DNA of 63,418 nucleotides, filler included, from Octopus bimaculoides (taxonomy: Eukaryota), in the NCBI RefSeq assembly GCF_001194135.2. It is 7 parts of 7 records of this genome, joined end to end, with 100 filler letters (N's around TTAATTAATTAA, not from the genome) between each part and the next. Parts side by side here need not be neighbours in the genome. Positions count along the whole stretch, not along the records: positions 43,780 to 53,210 come from NC_068986.1; positions 53,311 to 59,674 come from NC_069003.1; positions 59,775 to 63,418 come from NW_026362617.1; 4 more parts are not named here. The stretch is one strand, 5' to 3'. Made by a program: the position numbers and the translations under genes. Each line of letters starts with the position of its first letter. Position 1 is the stretch's first letter. Positions 49,694-60,131 of this stretch are shown here, piece by piece. Under the pieces are notes generated by a model that was not told the DNA's origin, searched no databases, and saw only the letters and a program-made list of their open reading frames with translations.

Positions 49694-50380
49694 TTAAAGT
49701 GTTTATATCTGACCCAAATACTTTACCTGTGTTATGTTCAAGCCATCCAGAGCTGGCCTCTCTCACCCATCCTAGAGTGTCATTCTAAAAATAAACCATT
49801 ACATCATTAAAATCTCAAACCTATAAGACAATACATGATTAGTTCAAAATAATGAAAATAAGTGAGCATAACATTTGACAGAATAATTTGTTTGCTAAAG
49901 GGTTAAAGTGCTCAAGGGACTATGTTTTATGTTGTAGATCATTGCCTGCATCATGGATTCCTGTACAGTGAATGAGAAGCATATCTAGAAATATGCTGTC
50001 ATCTTCCTTAACTCTAATTAGCTTAGAATTCTCACATTATTTTCAGTATTGTTTATCTAGAAATTGTATTTTAATTTGTGAATAAATAATCAATTAAGCT
50101 TGTATAGTTATGAGAATAATGAGTTGTTGAATAATGAGTCATTTTGGCAATCTGAGGTGTCCTTGCAAAGTATATCCATAAGATTGCCAAATGATAGGCT
50201 CCCAAAAACAGCCATGTGAGTAGTGGCTATTAGGCTGTTCTGAAAATGGCCATGTGAGGAGTAATGGCTAGCAGACTGTTGTGAAAATGGCCACGTAAAA
50301 AGTGGCTATTAGGCTGCTCTAACAGAAATGGCACCAGTAGTAAACTTATTGCTAGGAAATATCCAAGGGATGCTATGTTT

Positions 50381-50750
50381 CATCATCGTTTTAACATTCA
50401 CTTTTCCATGCTAGCTTGTGTCAGCTGGACTTTCTACAACTGGGTGCCCTGCCTGCTGCCAACCCTTACCTGTTTCCAAGATGATATTACCAGTGATCAA
50501 GTATATTTTCATGGATGATTGGAAACAAAGGACACTGCTTACATGACAGTGACATTTATTTTCAACCATCACATGGAATCAATTCAGTAACGCACACACA
50601 CACATATATGCATATGATGGGTTTCTTTCAATTTCCATCTACAAAGTCTAGGTCTTTAATAGAAAATTTTGCCTAAGATAACATGCAGTGGGACTGAACC
50701 CAAGACCATGTGATTGGGAAGCAAACTTTTTACCAAGCAACAGCACTCAC
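50381..50750 (-). mobile_element. Family A SINE head with RTE-type tail
   Basis: catcatcgttttaacattcacttttccatgctag... (tail) to gtgggactgaacccaagaccatgtg (head) on the reverse strand. Confidence 0.7.
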
Positions 50751-52362
50751 AACTACATTACCTTCTCCTTAATATCTGCTCATGTAGAAGTGCAGTGATC
50801 TCCCAAAAGGGAGGTGACAGTAAAATTATTTTCTACCTAGTTTTTTAATTCATTTGCTGTCTTGCTCCCCAAGAAGTCCAAATATTTCACTTGCTAGAAA
50901 TAGCAGTCAAGTGAGCCTGCTACTCCACCACACACATGCTCAACTCTTAAATAAGAGGAGAAAATGCCTATCTTTGATCAGATCTACACCAGTCACCATT
51001 TACTGTTTGAGTTTAGCTATCTTATACATCCAACAAGCTCTTTGCTAGTACAGAGAATTATCTTTGTCACAGTCTACTCCAGTTAGTATACATTGATATT
51101 TGTAAAATTTGGCTAATAAATTTTGCCTTATATAAAACTAGTCATCTAGTTGTATAAGCTACTAATTCAGATTGTTTCAATACTCTGACTTTTATGATGA
51201 GAGAACCTGTATGTGGTGATTCGATTCCAAGGGGAAAGGTTGCATTGGATAATGTTCAGTAAAACAAAAATTTTGCTACCTCTACCACAATCCCATTTTT
51301 TTCATGACCAATGCAAAAACGGTAATTATCATTATCACTGTGATTGCCACCCTCTATACTAGACTTATTTTTAATTTGCATGTAGCAAATGTCACAGCTA
51401 ACAGCTGTGTAAACAAGACCAGCTTATTTTGTCCATTTAGTTACTATATAACATCTTGTTGCGGTACCAGCTGTGATTAAAAACTATTCTAACATAATAA
51501 TTTGTGATGACATGGAAGTTATTCAAGCTTTAACCATTATAATTATGAGCTGGGAGATTTAGCTGCTATTTTTGGAAGGTTGAGCAATGTCTTCCTGGTA
51601 GGTAACCCCAGTTTTTTAACTGCAAGGGGTTCCAACCACAATGGCCTTATCTCAGTTAAGCAATGTCCTTTTTTTGTTTAAGTTAATAAAGTGCATTTGA
51701 GAAAATTTGGCTGCTCTTTCAAGCATATAGAGGCTCCATTGTTTACTTATGTAGACCAATTTTAGAAGAAATTTTTATTGTTTTTGCTTAACTATTCAGT
51801 TGTTGGAAAAACTTTGCGATCAAAAGTATTTGCCCATCAAAGAATGATCAGTGTTACTGACTTTAGACAATAGAATAGGAATTGTAGCATTCATGTCTTT
51901 CGTTATATACATTTATGGAACAACATAAATAAATTTGATTAGGAATTATATCTAAACTATGGTGTTACAGTATCATCAATATGTATACTCTTTCTTAACT
52001 GAGCTCATCTATACAATCTGTAAACAAAAGAACTCCTCATAGTGTTTAAAATTTGGTGGTGGGTTGACGAAGCAAGAGAGATTATAAACTGTAGTGAATC
52101 AATTGAAGTTTCGGAAAATATGCAAAATGCAGTATGGGGTGGGATCTGGCCTTTAGACATGTTTGTCTCACTGGATCTCAACAGAGATATATTTCTCAAC
52201 TGGCAAAAGAAGAGTATATATATATATATATATATATAGTATTTAATGTGCATGTATGTGTATTTATATATATGAGAGATAGAGTGATATTGAAGTTTAT
52301 CATCTCACACTATTACATGAGACTTCTTAACTACACACCTATGCCTGCACCCCTATATATAG

Positions 52363-52790
52363 AGACCCAGGAAAACCTGGGATGAGGTGGTGAAGCACGA
52401 CCTTTGAACATTAGGCCTCACCAAGGCAATGACTAGTGACCGAGACCTTTGGAAATATGCTGTGCGTGAGAAGACTAGGCAAGCCAAGTGAGACCATAAC
52501 TTGTGGCCTATGCCAGGGGTGTACCCAGCCTACTTATGCGTACCTTTCCTTCATTGGACACTAAACTCTGCTTGCAAAGACCTGTTGAAGCAAGTGAAAT
52601 CGAAATCGAATCAAATTTGATGACTGGCACCCGTGCCAGTGGAGCGCTAAAAGCACCGTCCAAGTGTGATCATTGCCAGAGCAGCTGTCTGGCTTCCGTG
52701 CTGGTGGCATGTAAATAGCACCATTTCAGCATGATCGTTACCAGCGTCACCTTACTGGCACTTGTGCCAGTGGCATGTGAAAAAAACATT
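52363..52790 (+). mobile_element. RTE LINE ORF2 end and 3' UTR
   Basis: [41 protein letters not shown] (52363-52491), then UTR with gtgccagtgg repeats. Confidence 0.85.
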
Positions 52791-52792
52791 CG

Positions 52793-52867
52793 AGAAATAC
52801 AATTATACAATTACATACCAGACACTTGAGAAAAGTGGCTGGTATGTAATTGTATAATTGTATTTCT
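52793..52867. repeat. 75-nt hairpin with a perfect 29-bp stem
   Basis: agaaatacaattatacaattacataccag (52793-52821) is the exact reverse complement of 52839-52867; 17-nt loop can form cactt/aagtg. Confidence 0.95.
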
Positions 52868-52895
52868 GTATTTGTTTCTTTGCATTGTGTGAAAA

Positions 52896-52977
52896 CATCC
52901 TGATGAGGGAAGTATCAGTTTTAAAAATATGAAATATATCATATTATTTGGCACGTCTCTGAAACAGCCCGTAGATG
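52896..52977 (+). ncRNA. Type I hammerhead ribozyme-like motif with canonical core and long stem II
   Basis: Stem I catc/gatg; CTGATGA 52900-52906; imperfect stem II gggaagtatca.../...tggcacgtctc capped by aatatga/tcatatt; GAAA 52961-52964; short stem III; GTA triplet (site after 52973). Confidence 0.55.
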
Positions 52978-53210
52978 GAATTTTAAAATTTTTGTAATAT
53001 TTTTGCGGTATTTTTGTACCATCCTTTTAATGTTTTATCATCTCGAATTTTTATTACACCAATGTATTGTAACTTTTAAATCTAAAATTCACTGTGTTTT
53101 ATGTATCATATTGATATTTATCTATTTATATGTATTTTTATATTTATATATTTGAAATTTTTAGATCAGTTTTATAAATGTAGAAGAATATATATATATA
53201 TATATATATA

Positions 53211-53310
53211 NNNNNNNNNNNNNNNNNNNNNNNNNNNNNNNNNNNNNNNNNNNNTTAATTAATTAANNNNNNNNNNNNNNNNNNNNNNNNNNNNNNNNNN
53301 NNNNNNNNNN
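53211..53310. other. Synthetic assembly spacer (44N-TTAATTAATTAA-44N)
   Basis: Same 100-nt construct. Confidence 0.95.
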
Positions 53311-53766
53311 TATATATATATATATATATATGTATGTATAGATATATATATGTATACATATATATATACTCTAAGAGTGTGTAAGTGGTAATTAGTTTGC
53401 ATAGACACATTTAACCACGTACTTTACAAAACACGAGTTGTACACACACATACACACACATTAACGCATAATGCACAGAAAAAAAAATATATATACACAT
53501 ACATTTTGAAAGAAACACTGACACACGAAAACATATGCATACGTTTTCATAAACAAAAATACATACACAATCAGATAGTTTCACACACATAGGTACATAT
53601 ATGTACATATACACACATACATAAATTTCCTCACACAGTCGCACATATGTATAACACACACACTCACACAATCATTTGTACACATCATAAGCTCAATTAT
53701 ATACATGTACATACATATATATTTTCTCAGACACACACACAATCATTCTGAAACATAATGGCTTAA

Positions 53767-53806
<40 letters not shown>

Positions 53807-53940
53807 ATTCACACTCATAGTAGCTTAATTACATGCAAATCCACACACATATACACAAATAATCTACACACAGAGCCATCTACAACCACACATACATTAC
53901 ATACAATTTATCCACACACACACATACATATACAACTGTC

Positions 53941-53979
<39 letters not shown>

Positions 53980-54125
53980 TTTATCTACACGCACATACGT
54001 ACAGAGACATCCGCAAACACACCTTCATACACAACGATCCACACAAAAACATGCATGCATACAATTTATCCACACACACATACACACAGAGGCAGGCACA
54101 CACAATTATCCACATTCACACACAC

Positions 54126-54375
54126 ATACACAACCATACATACATACATACACAACCATACATACATACATACACAACCATACATACATTCACAACGATA
54201 CATACATATACAACCATACATACATACATACACAACCATACATACATACATACACAACCATATATACATACATACACAACCATACATACATACACAACCA
54301 TACATACATACATACACAACCATATATACATACATACACAACCATACATACATACATACATACACAACCATACAC
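54126..54375. repeat. Minisatellite, ~18-22-bp unit CACAACCATACATACATACATA
   Basis: About a dozen units with a fixed CACAACCAT anchor and variable (ACAT)n. Confidence 0.9.
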
Positions 54376-54517
54376 GCACTTATACACACACACACACACA
54401 TTGCCTCTGGTGGCAATATAACTCACATCATATCACACTACGAGGGCAAAAGTGATATATAATAGAAGCTTAAGACTCGTCACAACAACAACATCAACAT
54501 CAACATCAATAACAACA

Positions 54518-54552
<35 letters not shown>

Positions 54553-54927
54553 GAGAGGTGGGCGAATCAATTAACGAGAAAGACTTAAAAGGATTTTACA
54601 ATTACAGGCTTATTAAGTTTATAGTAACCAGAAGCAATCTATCATAAGAGATATTATCTACATACTTAGGGGAGAGTGACATTGATTTACCATATATGGT
54701 AATGGGGTCGAGGGTCTGTGGTGGGGAGTAAAACTGCTGAGCAGACACAAAGGATCAAATCACAGAAGTACCAGCATTGGGTAAACGGCATTGCTTATTG
54801 AGTCACAGACCCACTGAGCAGCCATCAATTAAATATATAAATACATGCACACACACACACACACAAATATACATGTATATATGCATATATATGTACATGT
54901 GTATAGACACATATATATACATATATA

Positions 54928-55186
54928 AAATAATAATAAATGCGCCCTTGTAAAGCCTAGCCAGGCTCATGGGCCCGGTTTTCCGGTTTCAATGGCGTAT
55001 GTCTTCCCCAGCTGGACGGGACGCCAGTCCATCACAGCGTTACTCATTTTTGCCAGCTGAGTGGACTGGAGCAACGTGAAATGAAGTGTTTTGCTCAAGA
55101 ACACAACGCGTCGCCCGGTCCAGGAATCGAAACCACAATCTTACAATCATGGTGCTGACACCCTAACCACTAAGCCACTCGCCTCC
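54928..55186 (-). mobile_element. tRNA-derived SINE with V-SINE-like central domain
   Basis: Reverse complement ggaggcgagtggcttagtggttaggg...ggtttcgattcctgg...ttcttgagcaaaacact...gtgatggactggcgtcccgtccag...(tta)n tail. Confidence 0.8.
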
Positions 55187-55687
55187 ACTCACAAACATAT
55201 ATATATATATATATATTACATACATGTGTCTATATATATATATATATATACACGGGTGTGTAGACATATCTTTCACTTGTTTCAGTCATTTAGACTGCGG
55301 TCATGATGGGGCACCGACTTATACATATATGTGTATACATATATACATATAAGCGTAAACATATATACACACACTATATATATATATACATATGCACACG
55401 CACATATGCATACGCACAATATATTTAAGCAAAACATAAATCCAGGCAGAGGAACATATGTTTGTACATGCTTAGATAATGTGTGTGTGTGTGTTTATAA
55501 TGTAAATAAATACGAATATGACAAGAACAAAAATGTCATTAACAGAATTTTCCGGAGACAATTCACAACCAGTCTTAATCCTAAATCTAGTCTTCTTATG
55601 ACAAGCTTCTGTTTAAAATTTCTGTATGTGCTGGAATACCAGGAGGTCATTGGTAGCATTCTTCTAAGACCTGTTTGCACCTATTAA

Positions 55688-55915
55688 CCCTTTTCATAAC
55701 AACCTGTCTGAACTGCTCCCCGGTTCTATGATACAAAATTCCTGTTTGAAATGGAACTAAATTAAAACCTTCCAATACAATATCATGTTGATTTATGTTC
55801 CAAACATCAGTTTAATAAGTGACAAGGTTATTTTGCTAAATTCTTCGTTAATTTTTTAAAATTAATTGAAACGAAGCTAGTGCAGTTTTCACAGACATTT
55901 ATGGTAACAAAAGGG
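55688..55915. mobile_element. Second TTAA-MITE family, followed by a truncated tandem unit interrupted by a SINE
   Basis: TTAA-CCCTTTT...AAAAGGG-TTAA; the internal part repeats at 55920-56015 and resumes at 56411-56475. Confidence 0.8.
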
Positions 55916-56026
55916 TTAAAGTGATCTAAATTAAAACCTTCCATCAAAATTTCTTGTTAATTTATGTTCCAAATACCAGGTTAATAAGGACAAAGTTATT
56001 TTAATAAATTCCTCTATTCCTCTATA

Positions 56027-56410
56027 GGCGCAAGAGTGGCTGTGTGGTAAGTAGCTTGCTTACCAACCACATGGTTTCAGGTTCAGTCCCACTGCATGGC
56101 ACCTTGGGCAGGTGTCTTCTACTATAGCCTCGGGCTGACCAAAACCTTGTGAGTGGATTTGGTAGACGGAAACTGAAAGAAGCCCGTCGTATATATGTAT
56201 GTGTGTCTGTGTTTGTCCCCCCAACATCGCTTGACAACCGATGCTGGTGTGTTTACGTCCCCGTAACTTAGCGGTTCGGCAAAAGAGACTGATAGAATAA
56301 GTACTAGGCTTTCAAAGAATAAATCCTGGGGTCGATTTGCTCGACTAAAAGGCGGTGCTCCAGCATGGCCGCAGTCAAATGACTGAAACAAGTAAAAGAG
56401 TAAAAGAGAG
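56027..56410 (+). mobile_element. Full-length young family A SINE
   Basis: ggcgcaagagtggctgtgtggtaagtagc...ggttcagtccc...gactgaaacaagtaaaagagtaaaagag. Confidence 0.95.
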
Positions 56411-56504
56411 TATTTTCAAAATTAACTGAAACAAAGCCAGTTTATTTTAACAGAAATATAACGAAAAGATTAATTAACATTAGTAAGGATGGAATAAGGA
56501 CCAT

Positions 56505-56575
56505 TGTATGGATTTGAACTCAGGACCCATGAGTGAGTAGGTCGATGCTTTTACCACTTACCCATGTCACTCCTG
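56505..56575 (-). mobile_element. tRNA-like SINE head
   Basis: Reverse complement has A-box tgggtaagtgg and B-box gagttcaaatcc; no complete cloverleaf evident. Confidence 0.4.
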
Positions 56576-57311
56576 GCGCTGATGGCTCGGTATTTCTTGC
56601 GGATAGTAAGGTGGTGATGAAGTGCATTTTGGTGCAAGTATACTTAGCCTCTCAAACAGCAGAACGAGACAGAAAAAAACTATGCCAGTCAATGCCATGT
56701 TTTGGTATTGGTGGCAGAGCAGAAAAGTGGGGCGGTGCAACGGCTTGGCATCTTGGTATCTCTAGCAGAGCATCAAATGGCCATGGAGTGCAATTTGGAA
56801 TCAAGGGTTTGGAATTTCTAACAAGAGCGCCAAGAAGTGATGCAAACCAAAACAACATGGAAGTCGCAGAGGGATAGAGAAATTCAGTACAAATAAGCAT
56901 GCATAGAAATGCATAGACATATATGCACACACACACACAATGATTCCCAGCTATGAAATGTACCATATTTTTTTTATTACATAAAAGACACACCCCAATT
57001 TCAGCAGTGCATAAAGCTCTTTAACGTATTAAAGCTTATGGGAGGTCTAACTTCACATATATAGGACTTGGTGGGGGCACATTTTCAAGTTACTGTTTTT
57101 TTTTTGGCNNNNNNNNNNNNNNNNNNNNNNNNNGGGGGTGTATCTTATATACCAGCGATTCCCAAAGTCTTTCAAGCTGCTACCCCCTTGGCACCTGGAG
57201 GTGTGTGTGTGCGTGGGTGTGGGTGGGGACGCACATTCCTAGCACCCACACCCTACTCAGCACCACAAATATAGGCCACTTTCTGCAGCAAATTCAAAAC
57301 ACAACTGTCTC

Positions 57312-57750
57312 CATCATCATCACCGTCATTGTTTAACGTCTGCTTTCCATGCTGGCATGGGTTAGACAGTTTGACATGGAGCTGGCTAACAGGAAGCTGT
57401 CCAGGTTCCAACTGTCTCTTGAAGCACGGCTTCTATGGCTGGATGCCCTTCCTAATGCCAACCACTTTACAGAGTGTGCTGGGTGCTTTTCATGTGCCAC
57501 TGGCATGGGTGCCTTTAAATGGCACTGGTGCCTGAAAGGACGAGCCTGTATATGTGAAAGACAGTGCATTTACTTAGCTTGATGTGTCTTATCAAGTACA
57601 CCAAATTGCCTGTAACTTAGCAGTTTGGCAAAAGGGACTGATAAAATAAGTACCAGATTTAAAACAAAAAAAGTGCTGGAGTCGATTCATTTCACTATGA
57701 ATTCTTCAAGGTGGTGCTCCAGCATGGCCACAGTCTAATGACTGAAACAA
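57312..57750. mobile_element. RTE-type tail (-) abutting a family A SINE 3' half (+)
   Basis: catcatcatc...gtttaacgtctgctttccatgctggcatggg...ggatgcccttcctaatgccaacc; then gtaacttagcagtttggcaaaag...gactgaaacaa from about 57608. Confidence 0.75.
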
Positions 57751-58243
57751 TAGTGATAAGATAAATGATATACACATATATATTATACAAAGATGTATAC
57801 ACATACACACACATATGTATAAGTTCAACAGTGTGTGTGTGTGTGTTGAATTTTGAAGTGAGAACCTGGTTGGAATTCCACAGGTCAAAGATCAAGTTTT
57901 AACAACATGTCATTTTCATTGTCTCCTTCACCAATCCCCCCACCCTGCTCTCCCTGCGCCAGTTACTCCCAGCCCTTTCCCCATCCCCCTGCTCCTTCCT
58001 ACATTCTATATGATACAGCAAACTAATGCTTTCACTGATAAGGGCTGAAAACAGATCCTATAACACCCACCCATCACACCTCTGACCCCACCTTAAGTCA
58101 TCTCTCCCCTCCTCACACACACCCAGCGCCTGCAAATGTCAGACGAGGGGGGGAACAATTGTGTATTGTGGGTGAGACAATCTCAGCGAGTATCATATAT
58201 ACATACACACACACACATACTTGTACACATACATATATACATA

Positions 58244-58545
58244 TCATCATCATCATCATCGTTTAACGTCCGCTTTCCATGCTAGCATGGGTTGGACGAT
58301 TTGACTGAGGACTGGTGAAACCGGATGGCAACACCAGGCTCCAATCTAATTTGGCAGAGTTTCTACAGCTGGATGCCCTTCCTAACGCCAACCACTCAGA
58401 GAGTGTAGTGGGTGCTTTTACGTGTCACCCGCATGAAAACGGCCACGCTCAAAATGGTGCATTTCATGTGCTACCCGCACAAGAGCCAGTCCAGGGGCAG
58501 TGGCAACGATCTTACTTGGCTTGCCGGGTCTTCTCACGCACAGCA
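58244..58545 (-). mobile_element. Young RTE-type retroposon 3' end
   Basis: Near-identical to the first part of the 29270 copy. Confidence 0.85.
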
Positions 58546-58739
58546 CATTTATACATATATACATATGTGTGTATATATATATATATATACATACATACAT
58601 GCATATGTATATATATATATATATATATGTGTGTGTATATATATATTTATATATTTACATATACATACATATATATATATATACATATACATACATATAT
58701 ATATATACATACATACATACATACACACATACAGATATA

Positions 58740-59343
58740 TTGGGTCATCCCATAAATAATGGGGATAAGGGTTATACTTCTTTTATTTTCAAAATTAAGA
58801 TAAAGTTTGTAAAGAATAAAAAGTTTTGAATGGTACAACAATGCACTATAATACAAAATATGGACTATATACCTGTTGTAATTTAGTTATCCATAGTCCT
58901 ATGATATTTCGGAATACAATTCCTTCTTCAGATCTTTTTAGATGGAGTCTCTGCTATAAAGTTCTTTTTTAATCTAAAATATACTCTCCTTCATTTTCTA
59001 CAATACTCTTCCATCTATCTGGTAGACTTGCAAGGCCCCTCTTCCAAAATTCACTTGTCTGCGATGTAAAACACTCCTCCAATCCTGTTCTGACCTCATC
59101 TACAGAATTCCTATTTTTTCCATCCAAATGATTTTCAAGACTGCGGGATTAATGATAATCAGATGGGGGTAATGTCAGGTGAATATGGTGGGTGAGGCAC
59201 CGGTTCCCATTCAAACAGCCAAGCATTATCCTGATGGAAGAACACCTTCCGTCTTGAAACCAAAGATGGTGGGTTTTTTTTTCTAGTGCTCTAACTTAGT
59301 TCATGCAACTGAAAAAAACCGCATTATTAATGGGATGATCCAA
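58740..59343 (-). mobile_element. 604-bp internally deleted mariner (DD34D-type) element
   Basis: TIRs ttgggtcatcccataaataatg / cattattaatgggatgatccaa with TA on both sides. Minus strand encodes FFHQDNA / WEPVPHPPYSPDITPSDYH / LPDRWKSIVENEGEYILD*. Confidence 0.9.
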
Positions 59344-59354
59344 TACATATATAT

Positions 59355-59674
59355 ATTTGTGTCTGTGTTTGTCCCCTCACCATCGCTTGACAACCAATGC
59401 TGGTGTGTTTACGTCCCCGTAACTTAGCGGTTCAGCAAAAAGAGACCGATAGAATAAGTACTAAGCATACAAAGAATAAGTCCTGGTGTCGATTTGCTCG
59501 ACTAAAGGCGGTGCTCCAGCATGGCCGCAGTCAAATGACTGAAACAAGTAAAAGAGTAAAAGAATACATATATGTACTCTTTTACTTGTTTCAGTCATTT
59601 TGACTGTGGCCATGCTGGAGCACCACCTTTAGTCGAGGAAACCGACCCCAGGACTTGTTTGCCGAACTGCTAAG
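59355..59674. mobile_element. Two family A SINE 3' ends in tail-to-tail inversion
   Basis: + copy 59355-59558 and - copy 59575-59674 form a ~62-bp stem with a 16-nt loop. Confidence 0.9.
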
Positions 59675-59774
59675 NNNNNNNNNNNNNNNNNNNNNNNNNN
59701 NNNNNNNNNNNNNNNNNNTTAATTAATTAANNNNNNNNNNNNNNNNNNNNNNNNNNNNNNNNNNNNNNNNNNNN
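59675..59774. other. Synthetic assembly spacer (44N-TTAATTAATTAA-44N)
   Basis: Same 100-nt construct. Confidence 0.95.
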
Positions 59775-60131
59775 TATCTCCGATACTACTCAAAACCGGC
59801 GTGGCCAGGGACTTAAGCTAAAAGTATTAAGCCTCTGGGCAAGGCAAACAGAAGTACGTATACAGGAAAAAATAAGTAAAGAACAGAAAGGATCTTTCGC
59901 ATATCGGAACGAATTTAACATACAAAATAGAATTACATGATGGACAAACGCCTTTAAGCTATACAACAAAAGAAGAATTATTATACAATTACAACAATAA
60001 TAAAAGAAAAAAACAAGGTCTTTCGTCTATCAGACGAGTGCAGTAAGTTAGCACAAGAAAAAGGAAAATTGAAAAGTCATAACAGACTGGGTGGCAGGAC
60101 AGAACAGATGCGAACGACCTCAAACGCATAG

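Noticed and set aside
56505-56575. Possible tRNA gene
   Set aside because: A and B boxes present but no complete cloverleaf; better explained as a SINE head. The same applies to all SINE heads listed.
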